A DNA stretch of 24,000 nucleotides from Kribbella hippodromi (GCF_039531045.1 NZ_BAAAPH010000003.1:93551-117550); one strand, 5' to 3'. Shown: positions 1 through 7,392, numbered from the stretch's first letter. Notes: generated by a model from the sequence alone, not told the origin. Made by a program: numbers and translations.

Positions 1-582
1 CCCACCGGCGAACGCGGCGTCGCGTCCCATCCGGATCGGCAAGAACAGCTCGCGGCGAACGTACGCGCCATGGTCGGCATCGCCGAGCGAACCGGCTGCC
101 GACTGTTCAACCTCCTGTACGGGCAACTCGACGTCCGCTGGTCACCGGAGGACCAGGCGAAAACCGCGGTCGACGCGATCCGGTCAGCCGCGTCAGCGGT
201 CGACGCCGTCGGCGGAACCGTCCTGATCGAGCCACTGACCAAAGGTTTGAACGGCAGCTATCCGTTGCTCACCGCGGATGACGTACTCGAGCTCCTGAAC
301 GGACCACTCCACGACGTCGAGAACCTCTCGCTGCTCTTCGACACCTTCCACCTCGGCAGCAACGGCGTCGACCTGGTCGCCACCGCGTCCACCGTCCCAG
401 TCGCCCACGTCCAGCTGGCCGACTCCCCCGGCCGCGGCGAACCCGGCTCCGGCACCCTCCCGATCGACGAAACCCTCGACGCCCTCACAGCCGCCGGCTA
501 CCAAGGCGCAGCCGCCTGCGAATACAACCCAACCACCAACACCCACACCAGCCTGACCTGGACCCACCGGTCGAGCCGATAA
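1..582 (+). CDS. Hydroxypyruvate isomerase-like / xylose-isomerase-like TIM-barrel protein, 5' end outside window
   Basis: Frame 1 is open from base 1 (PTGERGVASHPDRQEQLAANVRA precedes the tracked ORF 70..582), so the gene enters from upstream. Sequence such as LIEPL..., FDTFH, HVQLAD and AACEY resembles the Hyi/AP-endonuclease-2 TIM-barrel family. GC-rich third codon positions. Stop TAA at 580-582. Confidence 0.7.
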   Translation, partial: PTGERGVASHPDRQEQLAANVRAMVGIAERTGCRLFNLLYGQLDVRWSPEDQAKTAVDAIRSAASAVDAVGGTVLIEPLTKGLNGSYPLLTADDVLELLNGPLHDVENLSLLFDTFHLGSNGVDLVATASTVPVAHVQLADSPGRGEPGSGTLPIDETLDALTAAGYQGAAACEYNPTTNTHTSLTWTHRSSR

Positions 583-592
583 CCCCAACCAC

Positions 593-629
593 CTGGTCCG
601 ACCAGTACCTCCTGCACTGGTCTGACCAG
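593..629. terminator. Hairpin between convergent genes, a candidate bidirectional terminator; its arms are two copies of the palindrome CTGGTCnGACCAG
   Basis: 593-605 (CTGGTCCGACCAG) pairs with 617-629 (CTGGTCTGACCAG) over 12 of 13 positions, with an 11-nt loop. It lies between the Hyi-like stop (582) and the LysR stop (647). No U-tract. Each arm is itself palindromic, so a protein operator is an alternative reading. Confidence 0.4.
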
Positions 630-646
630 TGGACTGGGTGACTGAA

Positions 647-1642
647 TCAGCTGTTCGCGACGGTGGTTAGCGCGGCGGCTACTGCTGCCACTGCGGGGGT
701 TCGGGTGCGGCGGGTGAGCAGGAAGACTTCCCTGGCAACCTCCCCCTCGGCCGCCAGGCGTACGGCGACACCTGCCCCGCCTAGAGCCATGCCCGTCTCA
801 CGGCCGGCTGTGCCTACCCTGCGTGGGGCGACACCTTCCTTGCGGTGCGCTTGTTCTGTCACGGAGGCGGGTTCTCTGCCGGCCCGGATGACGAGGTCTG
901 GGAGTAGCGCGGCGGCGCCCGTCGTGCGTACCAGCTCGAGCAGGATCAGGAAATCGTCTGAGCTGTACCGGACGTCTGGCTCGAATCCACCGAGTTCCCG
1001 GCAAACCCGCACGGTCATCTCCCGATGCCCTGTCCCGGGCTGGCACGCGGCCCAAGCGAGCTCACGGAGATTCACGAGCGGAACCCGCTCCGCCTTCGCC
1101 TCCTGATGATCCGCAGGCAGCACGATCCGGATCTGCTCCCGGAGCAGAGGTTCGCGCCGCAGATCCGCATGAATAGGACGCGGCTGCCCGTCGTACTCAT
1201 CGCCGACGATCACGTCCAACTGCTGCAACCGCAACGCCGGCACCGCCTGCTCGACCTCCAGCTCCGAGGCCTCAACCCGGATCTCCGGATGCGTACCCGC
1301 CAAGCTACGAATCGCCGGCGCGACCACCCGAATGAACGCCGACTGAAACGACGCGATCCGCACCACGCCCGCCACCCGCCCGGCCGCCACCGCTGCCAGC
1401 TCCGCCTCGGCCGCCTCAACCCCTTCCAGCAGCACACCCGCATGCCGTACGAGCACCTCACCGGCCGCCGTCAACCGCACATTCCGGCCGACCCGTTCAA
1501 GCAGCCGCGTCCCGGTCTCCCGCTCCAGCACAGCCAACTGCTGCGAAACCGCACTCGGCGAGTACCCGAGCGCCCGCGCCGCCCCATGCACAGTCCCCCG
1601 CCCCCGCACCTCCCGCAACAACCGCAACCGATGCAAATCCAT
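647..1642 (-). CDS. LysR-family transcriptional regulator
   Basis: N-terminal HTH MDLHRLRLLREVRGRGTVHGAARALGYSPSAVSQQLAVLERETGTRLLER, followed by a LysR substrate-binding-like domain. ATG at 1642-1640. Divergent from the EamA gene. Confidence 0.9.
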   Translation of the reverse strand: MDLHRLRLLREVRGRGTVHGAARALGYSPSAVSQQLAVLERETGTRLLERVGRNVRLTAAGEVLVRHAGVLLEGVEAAEAELAAVAAGRVAGVVRIASFQSAFIRVVAPAIRSLAGTHPEIRVEASELEVEQAVPALRLQQLDVIVGDEYDGQPRPIHADLRREPLLREQIRIVLPADHQEAKAERVPLVNLRELAWAACQPGTGHREMTVRVCRELGGFEPDVRYSSDDFLILLELVRTTGAAALLPDLVIRAGREPASVTEQAHRKEGVAPRRVGTAGRETGMALGGAGVAVRLAAEGEVAREVFLLTRRTRTPAVAAVAAALTTVANS

Positions 1643-1883
1643 CGTTGTCCCACCCCTCCCAACCCAGCCGCCAATCAGCCCACCGACCCAACCCGCCGCC
1701 CCGGCCCGGCACGACCCCGGCCCCGCACGATCCGGGCCGTCGACCCGGGGGCTGGACCACCCGGCCCGTACGACCCAGCCCGCCGAACCCCGGCCGATTC
1801 CGGTGCATCGAACCCAGCGCGATCTATTTGTTCAGTTTAGCTTCACGATATTGTCCGGGAAGCTGCGATAGACGTGAACGGTC

Positions 1884-1898
1884 CACTGGTCCGACCAT
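1884..1898. promoter_or_regulatory. Third copy of the CTGGTCCGACCA palindrome, a candidate operator just upstream of the EamA start
   Basis: CACTGGTCCGACCAT at 1884-1898 matches the palindromes at 593-605 and 615-631. It lies 8 nt before the proposed GTG start (1906) and downstream of the only AT-rich stretch in the intergenic region (1821-1856). Confidence 0.35.
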
Positions 1899-1905
1899 CG
1901 ACTCT

Positions 1906-2853
1906 GTGGGACGCCTCTTCTGTCTGCTGTCCGCCGCCGCCTTCGGGGTGATGGCCGTCTTCGGCAAACTCGCGTACGACGCGGGGGTGTCGGTCGACGC
2001 GCTGCTCCTCGTCCGCTTCGGCGTCGCCGGCGCACTCCTCCTGACGATCGCACTGGCCCGCGGCGCGCTTCGCGGGCTGCCCCGCCGGGCAGTACTCACC
2101 GGCGTCGGCATGGGCGCGGTCGGGTACGCCGCTCAATCCGCCCTGTACTTCTCCGCCCTCGCCCGGATCGACGCCTCACTCGTCGCGCTGATCCTGTACC
2201 TGTACCCGATCCTCGTCATGGGTACGGCGATCCTGCTCCGCCGCGAAACCGCATCACGCCGCCGAGTCCTCGCGCTGGCGACCGCACTGCTCGGCATCGG
2301 TCTTGTACTCAGCGGAGCGCTCGGCGCGCGATTCGACTTGCCGGGCGTGCTGTTGGCGTTGGGCGCACCAATCGTTTATACCGGGTACATCCTGGTCGGC
2401 GATTCGCTCAAGATGCCACCACTCGCTCTCACCGCATTGGTCTGCACCGGCGCGTTCGGGACGTACGTACTGATGAGTTTCCTCCGTGGTGGAACGGATT
2501 TCGGGTTCGCGCCGATCGGCTGGGTGTGGCTGCTCGGGGTGGCGTTGATCAGTACGGTCGCCGCGATCCTGCTGTTCTTCGCCGGGATGGCCCGGGTCGG
2601 ACCGTCCGTCACTTCGATCCTGTCGATCTTCGAACCGGTGGTGACGGTGGTCGCGGCGACCGTGGTGTTCGGCGAGCACCTCACCGGGCCGCAATGGCTC
2701 GGCGGGGCGCTCGTCCTGTCCGCTGTCCTGATCGTGTCGGTCAGGGCACCGGCTGCCACTCGTCGTCGCGCATCCGGAGGATCGCCCACCCCACCGAGGC
2801 GAACCCCACAGCCTGCAGTCCCCAGCCGATCAGGTCCAGCAGGTGACTACTGA
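1906..2853 (+). CDS. EamA/DMT-superfamily transporter (10-TM permease)
   Basis: The tracked ORF 1645..2853 has a Pro/Arg-rich non-coding-looking N-terminus. The hydrophobic EamA-like sequence begins at the in-frame GTG 1906 (VGRLFCLLSAAAFGVMAVFGKLAYDAGV...). It shows two EamA-like halves. The last 113 nt have poor GC3 and overlap the convergent gene, but no earlier stop exists. Confidence 0.8.
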   Translation: MGRLFCLLSAAAFGVMAVFGKLAYDAGVSVDALLLVRFGVAGALLLTIALARGALRGLPRRAVLTGVGMGAVGYAAQSALYFSALARIDASLVALILYLYPILVMGTAILLRRETASRRRVLALATALLGIGLVLSGALGARFDLPGVLLALGAPIVYTGYILVGDSLKMPPLALTALVCTGAFGTYVLMSFLRGGTDFGFAPIGWVWLLGVALISTVAAILLFFAGMARVGPSVTSILSIFEPVVTVVAATVVFGEHLTGPQWLGGALVLSAVLIVSVRAPAATRRRASGGSPTPPRRTPQPAVPSRSGPAGDY

Positions 2854-3799
2854 CCACGACCGCGGCGACGAAGTGGATCGGTTGGGACACTGCCACCGCC
2901 AGCGCCGCCCAGCGGCCCACGATCCGGGAACGCCAGATCGCGATCCCGAGCAGGACAGTGCCGACCACATGTCCGACCACGAACACCAGCCCGGCCACAT
3001 CAGTCGAGCCGTGCGTGGCTTCGGCCGCCTTCGTGATCATGGCCGGATCGAGCCCCGCGGTACCCGCCGACCAAGTGAACACGTCGCTCGACGCGGTCCA
3101 GGGCAAGGACAGGTAGCCCGGGACCATCAGGAAGAGCGCGATGCCGGTCAGCCAGGGCGTACTGCGGCGCGTCAACCGACCGACGAAGTACGCGCCGGGA
3201 ACCAGCGTGAGGATCGCGACGTACGCCAGCCAGATGACCAGCGAACTGCGGCCGAGATCGCCCACGATTTTGTTGACAATCGACGGCGCGTCGTCGGTGG
3301 TGTTGTACGGCAGCAGGTACCGAAGCAACGCGACCGCCGCCGGGCCAACTGGCAAGACCAGCGCCGCCATCCACCGCCACACCGGCCGAACGTCCGCACG
3401 CGCCGTGCTCGCGGCCGGCCCACCCGGAGCAGATTGCTGAACTCCGACTGACTGCTCACCGCCTGCCGACTGCTGAACCCCCGCTGACCACTCAACGCCC
3501 GCTGACTGCTGAACGCCCACTGACTGCTGAACGCCCACTGACTGCTCAACTCCCGCTGACGGCGGAACTCCTGCCGGTTGCTGAACTCCCGCTGGCTGCT
3601 CAACTCCTGCTGATTGCTGAACTGCCGCTGGCTGCTCAACACCCGCTGACGGCGGAACTCCTGCCGGTTGCTGAACCTCCGCTGGCTGCTCAACTCCTGC
3701 TGATTGCTGAACTCCCGCTGGCTGCTCAACACCTGCTAATTGCTCAACCCCCGTGGAGTCGTGTCGTTTGCTCGAGGGCGTCTTTGCCGTTCGCGTCAT
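2741..3799 (-). CDS. Integral membrane protein (about 6-7 TM, unknown function) with a roughly 110-aa hexapeptide-repeat N-terminus (AGV[E/Q]Q[P/S])
   Basis: The C-terminal 210 aa are hydrophobic with strong GC3 (RYLLPYNTTDD...VVGHVVGTVLLGIAIW...). ATG 3799-3797 overlaps the upstream gene's TGA (ATGA), which supports the long form. Alternative starts are GTG 3382 or ATG 3370, immediately before the first TM. The repeat part has atypical codon composition. Confidence 0.6.
   Translation of the reverse strand: MTRTAKTPSSKRHDSTGVEQLAGVEQPAGVQQSAGVEQPAEVQQPAGVPPSAGVEQPAAVQQSAGVEQPAGVQQPAGVPPSAGVEQSVGVQQSVGVQQSAGVEWSAGVQQSAGGEQSVGVQQSAPGGPAASTARADVRPVWRWMAALVLPVGPAAVALLRYLLPYNTTDDAPSIVNKIVGDLGRSSLVIWLAYVAILTLVPGAYFVGRLTRRSTPWLTGIALFLMVPGYLSLPWTASSDVFTWSAGTAGLDPAMITKAAEATHGSTDVAGLVFVVGHVVGTVLLGIAIWRSRIVGRWAALAVAVSQPIHFVAAVVVSSHLLDLIGWGLQAVGFASVGWAILRMRDDEWQPVP
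3431..3751. repeat. Tandem 18-bp repeat (about 18 copies) with a higher-order 90-bp unit
   Basis: Units of the type CTGCTGAACTCCCGCTGG / CTGCTCAACTCCTGCTGA. 3552-3641 and 3642-3731 are 87/90 identical. The tract is open in two of the three minus-strand frames (ORFs 2741..3799 and 3172..3732). Confidence 0.85.
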
Positions 3800-4149
3800 T
3801 GGGCACCTGCCAGCTCACGGGACGGCAGCAGCACCGCCACAACCCCGATGATCGTCACCGCGACACCGATACCGGCCGCGACGACCGCCGCTGTCGGTAC
3901 GCCGGACGCGAAGAATGCTGGTACGGCCAGTAGCGCCGACGCGAGCCGCAAGGTGATCAACGGCGCCACCGCCCCGCGCTTGCCCCGCCACGCGTACCCG
4001 ACCAGCACCAGACTGGTCAGACCAGCTACCGCGGCGCCGATCGCGATGCTCATCGGCGGGTGATCGCCATCGGTGGTGAGCGGCGAGGCCACGTCGATCA
4101 GGGCGAGCAGTCCGAGCAGCACCAGACCGAAACGGTTCTTTCCAGACAT
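3796..4149 (-). CDS. Small 4-TM membrane protein (117 aa), unknown function
   Basis: Internal ATG at 4149-4147 of tracked ORF 3796..4617, preceded by GAGGGGG about 8 nt upstream. Begins MSGKNRFGLVLLGLLALIDV... with four hydrophobic segments. The Pro/Ser/Arg-rich upstream part of the ORF looks non-coding. Its TGA overlaps the ATG of the downstream gene. Confidence 0.7.
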   Translation of the reverse strand: MSGKNRFGLVLLGLLALIDVASPLTTDGDHPPMSIAIGAAVAGLTSLVLVGYAWRGKRGAVAPLITLRLASALLAVPAFFASGVPTAAVVAAGIGVAVTIIGVVAVLLPSRELAGAQ

Positions 4150-4169
4150 TTCCGTACCCCCTCGTTCGG

Positions 4170-4757
4170 TTGTTGTCCGACCACCGTCGCCCCGCCGCGA
4201 CCCGCCAGCCTGGGCATGGCGTCCCCCACCCGCAGGCAGTTCCCCGCCCAACCCAGGACCCCGATCCCGAGACGCCGGGAGAAATCTGCCGCACACTGCC
4301 CCTATGCACACCCCACCAACCCCGGCCCCCGCCGAACCCAACCGCGGCCCAACCGCCACCGGCGGACCCGACGGTGCACTCGGCAGTGGTGGACAAACGG
4401 ACGACGGTGGACGACTGGGCAGCAGCGAACGACAGGGCGCCAGTGGACGACCCGACGACAGTGAACGACAGGGCGGCAGCGGACGACCCGACGACAGCCG
4501 ACGACAGGGCGGCGGACGACTGGGCGGTGGTGGAACCGAGGCCGGAGTCGACGGTGGTGGGCCAGCCGACCGTGGAGCTGATGATGCGCCCACCGGCGGT
4601 ACAACCAGCGGGAGCACAACCGCCGGCGGTGGTGCAGCCGCCGGTGGTGGGCGGACCGGCGAGGACGCGCGTACCAGCGGCGGGCAGATCGGCGAGGGCG
4701 CGCGTACCGGCGGTGGTGGGGCTGGTGGTGGGTGGCGGGGGTTGGTTGTTGGGTTGA
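4170..4757 (+). CDS. Hypothetical Pro/Asp-rich repeat protein, or a frameshifted N-terminal extension of the kinase; start very uncertain (TTG 4170 or GTG 4374)
   Basis: This frame shows coding-like positional GC: hand count over 4383-4469 gives about 69/48/79% at codon positions 1/2/3, against about 48% at position 3 in the kinase frame. It contains 12-aa repeats NDRAPVDDPTTV / NDRAAADDPTTA. Its TGA (4755-4757) overlaps the kinase ATG (4757-4759) as TGATG. No family recognised. Confidence 0.3.
   Translation: MLSDHRRPAATRQPGHGVPHPQAVPRPTQDPDPETPGEICRTLPLCTPHQPRPPPNPTAAQPPPADPTVHSAVVDKRTTVDDWAAANDRAPVDDPTTVNDRAAADDPTTADDRAADDWAVVEPRPESTVVGQPTVELMMRPPAVQPAGAQPPAVVQPPVVGGPARTRVPAAGRSARARVPAVVGLVVGGGGWLLG
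4399..4530. repeat. Imperfect 36-bp tandem repeat (about 3.5 copies)
   Basis: 4427-4462 and 4463-4498 match at about 32/36 (GAACGACAGGGCG.CAG.GGACGACCCGACGACAG.). Flanking partial copies share GGACGACTGGGC at 4410 and 4515. Confidence 0.75.
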
Positions 4758-6721
4758 TGGGGTTGGTGGTTGCCGAGGTGCTGGTTTCGGTGGGTTATGG
4801 GGTGTCGATCGGGTGGGGCTGGGCGCGGCTGGTCGACTCGTTTGTGGTGACGAACGGTCTGATGGGACTCACCTTCGGGCTGTGTGGCGCGGTGATCGCC
4901 TGGTACCGGCCGGCTAACCCGATTGGCTGGCTCTTCCTCGCCGACGGCATCGGCCACGCGACGACGCCACTCGCCGACACGTTCGCCCACATCGTCACCA
5001 ACCACGACGCCCAGCGCGCTCTCGTCACCCTCTCGCTCGCAGCCTGGCCCTGGTCGATCGGACTGTTCCTCCCGCTCGCCCTACTGCTGTTCCCGAACGG
5101 TCGCCTGCTGTCACCACGTTGGCGCTGGGCGGCGATCGGCATCATCGTGACCTCACCGCTCTTCGTACTCGAAATGGCAGGCAGCGGCGAACCGGTATCG
5201 CCCGATTCACCACGCGGATTGTTGACAATCCCGTCCTTCGACAGCCTCCAACCGCTGTGGACAGCGACCGAGGTACGCAACCTGGCTGCTCTTCTATTGG
5301 CTGTCACGTGCCTCGCGATCAGGTACCGCCGCGCCGACGAGACCGGGCGTCGACAGTTGTTGTGGTTGCTGTTGGCGTGCATCATCGCCCTGCTCTTCGT
5401 GACCCCATGGGCCTTCGTCGCCGGTACGCCGATCCTTGTCCTGCTGGCGATTCCGCTGATCCCGATCGCAGTCACCGTGGCGATCGTCCGGTACCAACTA
5501 CTCGACATCCGCCTCGTCGTATCCCGAGCACTCACCTGGGCGCTGCTGTCCTTGGTTGCCATCGGCATCTACGCGGCGCTGGTCGCCGTACTGGACTCGC
5601 TGATCACCTCACAGGTCGGCCGATCCGCCGCGGTCACGGTCTTCGTCGCACTGATCATCGCGCCAGTACTGCCCCGCTTGCAGCGCCTGGTCGACAGATC
5701 CCTCTACGGCGACCGCCACGACCCGGCCCGAGTCGCCTCCCGCGTAGGCGAACAACTCTCCAACCCCACCTCAGCCGGCCTCCCCGGAGTAGTCGCGGCC
5801 ATCCGCTCCGCGCTCCGCCTCCCGTACACAGCCCTAACCATCAACGGCGAGCCAGTAGCCTCAACCGCCGCATCATTCGGCGGGAAGGTGGTGTCGTTGG
5901 ACCTGTCATACGGAGGTGAAGTGGTAGGGGTGCTGCAGGCGGGGGTCCGGTCAGGTGAGTCCGGTCTGTCCCCAGCCGACCACCGAGTACTTGACCTAGT
6001 CGCCGTACCGCTAGCAGTCGCCGTCCACGCGACCCGCCTGTCCACAGAGCTACAGTCATCGCGCGAACGCCTAGTGGCAGCGCGCGAAGAGGAGCGCCGA
6101 CGGCTACGGCGGGACCTTCACGACGGCCTCGGCCCAACGCTGACCGGCGTAGCCTTCAGCGCCGACGCGGCGGCCAATCTGATCACCAGTGACACTCCTC
6201 GTGCCGTCGAGCTGCTCACACAGTTGCGCGCGGACACCAGAGCGGCGATTGCCGACGTACGCCGCCTGGTCGACGACCTACGCCCACCCGCACTCGACGA
6301 ACTCGGCCTGGTCGGCGCCCTTCGCCAGCGCTGCGACCACCTGTCCTTCCGCGCCGACGGAACCGCGATCCAGGTCCGGCTCTCCGCCGACGCGCTACCA
6401 CCGCTTCCGGCCGCGCTGGAGGTCGCCGCGTACCGCATCGCCACCGAGGCGCTGACCAACGTTGCCCGTCATTCCAGCGCCACCTCCGCCGTACTCACCC
6501 TCCGCTGCACCCCCAACCTGGACCTCCGCCTCACCGACAACGGCCCCTCGACCGGCCCGTGGACCCCAGGCGTTGGCCTCCAAGCCATGCACGACCGAGC
6601 CGCCGAACTAGGCGGCACCCTCCAAGCCGGCCCCACCCCCACCGGCGGCCAAGTTCACGCCTGTTTCCCGATCGGAACCGCACCGGGCGGGTCGCGGCCT
6701 GTTGGGAGCTTCGGTGACTGA
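4757..6721 (+). CDS. Sensor histidine kinase, NarL/DesK type (polytopic N-terminal sensor, HisKA_3, HATPase_c)
   Basis: H-box EEERRRLRRDLHDGLGPTLTGV, N-box EALTNVARHS, G-box GVGLQAMHDRAAELGG, and about 8 predicted TM segments at the N-terminus. Start taken as ATG 4757. The tracked ORF begins at 4073, but its upstream part has poor GC3 in this frame. Confidence 0.85.
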   Translation: MGLVVAEVLVSVGYGVSIGWGWARLVDSFVVTNGLMGLTFGLCGAVIAWYRPANPIGWLFLADGIGHATTPLADTFAHIVTNHDAQRALVTLSLAAWPWSIGLFLPLALLLFPNGRLLSPRWRWAAIGIIVTSPLFVLEMAGSGEPVSPDSPRGLLTIPSFDSLQPLWTATEVRNLAALLLAVTCLAIRYRRADETGRRQLLWLLLACIIALLFVTPWAFVAGTPILVLLAIPLIPIAVTVAIVRYQLLDIRLVVSRALTWALLSLVAIGIYAALVAVLDSLITSQVGRSAAVTVFVALIIAPVLPRLQRLVDRSLYGDRHDPARVASRVGEQLSNPTSAGLPGVVAAIRSALRLPYTALTINGEPVASTAASFGGKVVSLDLSYGGEVVGVLQAGVRSGESGLSPADHRVLDLVAVPLAVAVHATRLSTELQSSRERLVAAREEERRRLRRDLHDGLGPTLTGVAFSADAAANLITSDTPRAVELLTQLRADTRAAIADVRRLVDDLRPPALDELGLVGALRQRCDHLSFRADGTAIQVRLSADALPPLPAALEVAAYRIATEALTNVARHSSATSAVLTLRCTPNLDLRLTDNGPSTGPWTPGVGLQAMHDRAAELGGTLQAGPTPTGGQVHACFPIGTAPGGSRPVGSFGD

Positions 6722-7379
6722 TCAGACCGGTGTGGTTCGGGTTGTGCTCGCGGACGATCATCCCGTCGTACGCGCCGGGCTCGAGGCGCTACTCACCTCG
6801 CTGCCCGGGATCGAGGTGGTGGCGGTCGCGTCCACCGGGCGGGAGGCGATCCGCGCCGTCGTCACCACCCATCCGGACGTTGCCGTGCTCGACCTGCAGA
6901 TGCCCGACCTCGACGGATTCGCGGCCACCCGCGAACTCGCCCGCTCAGCTCCGGACGTCGCCGTCCTGGTACTCACCATGTTCGAGGACGACGACTCGGT
7001 GTTCGCCGCCATGCGCGCCGGCGCCCGCGGCTACCTGGTCAAAGGCGCCGAACAGGAGGAGATCGCCCGCGCGATCCGGGCAGTCGCCGCCGGCGAGGCG
7101 ATCTTCGGCCCGGGCGTCGCCCGCCGCGTACTCGGCTTCTTCGCCGCCCCGCCCCCAACCAGCGATCCGTTCCCGGACCTCACCGCCCGCGAACGCCAGA
7201 TCCTCGACCTGCTCGCCGCCGGCCTGACCAACACCGCGATCGCCGCCCGCCTCGACCTGGCCGCGAAGACGGTCGCCAACAATGTCTCCACGATCTTCAC
7301 CAAACTGGGCACCGCCGACCGCGCCACCACCATCATCCAGGCCCGCAACGCCGGTCTCGGGGTACCGAAGGACAGGTAG
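6714..7379 (+). CDS. Response regulator, NarL/LuxR family (REC plus LuxR HTH)
   Basis: VVRVVLADDHPVVRAGL...VAVLDLQMPDLDG...LVLTMFEDD (REC domain) and LTARERQILDLLAAGLTNTAIAARLDLAAKTVANNVSTIFTKLG (LuxR HTH). GTG 6714 overlaps the kinase stop (6719-6721) by 8 nt. TTG 6702 or GTG 6732 are alternative starts. Confidence 0.9.
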   Translation: MTDQTGVVRVVLADDHPVVRAGLEALLTSLPGIEVVAVASTGREAIRAVVTTHPDVAVLDLQMPDLDGFAATRELARSAPDVAVLVLTMFEDDDSVFAAMRAGARGYLVKGAEQEEIARAIRAVAAGEAIFGPGVARRVLGFFAAPPPTSDPFPDLTARERQILDLLAAGLTNTAIAARLDLAAKTVANNVSTIFTKLGTADRATTIIQARNAGLGVPKDR

Positions 7380-7392
7380 TAGTCGGCGGCTG

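Noticed and set aside
1025-1840. 271-aa plus-strand ORF rich in Arg, Pro and His, overlapping the LysR gene
   Set aside because: It is antisense to a well-supported LysR gene. The Arg/Pro-rich low-complexity translation is typical of an off-frame shadow ORF in high-GC DNA.
3172-3732. 186-aa minus-strand ORF (SSQREF/SNQQEL repeats) in the alternative frame of the 18-bp repeat
   Set aside because: Beyond the repeat it runs out of frame through the membrane domain as Arg/Cys-rich nonsense. It is noted in the repeat finding because of its GC3, but is not called as a gene.
3431-4530. Possibility that the tandem repeats are a CRISPR array
   Set aside because: The repeats are directly adjacent with no unique spacers, the units are 18 and 36 bp, they lie in open reading frames, and no cas genes are present.
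3815-5005. 396-aa minus-strand ORF spanning the small membrane gene, the 600-bp gap and the kinase N-terminus
   Set aside because: It shares third-codon positions with plus-strand ORF 4170..4757, so it is a shadow frame. It would overlap two supported genes by hundreds of nt, and its position-1 versus position-2 GC pattern is reversed relative to real genes.
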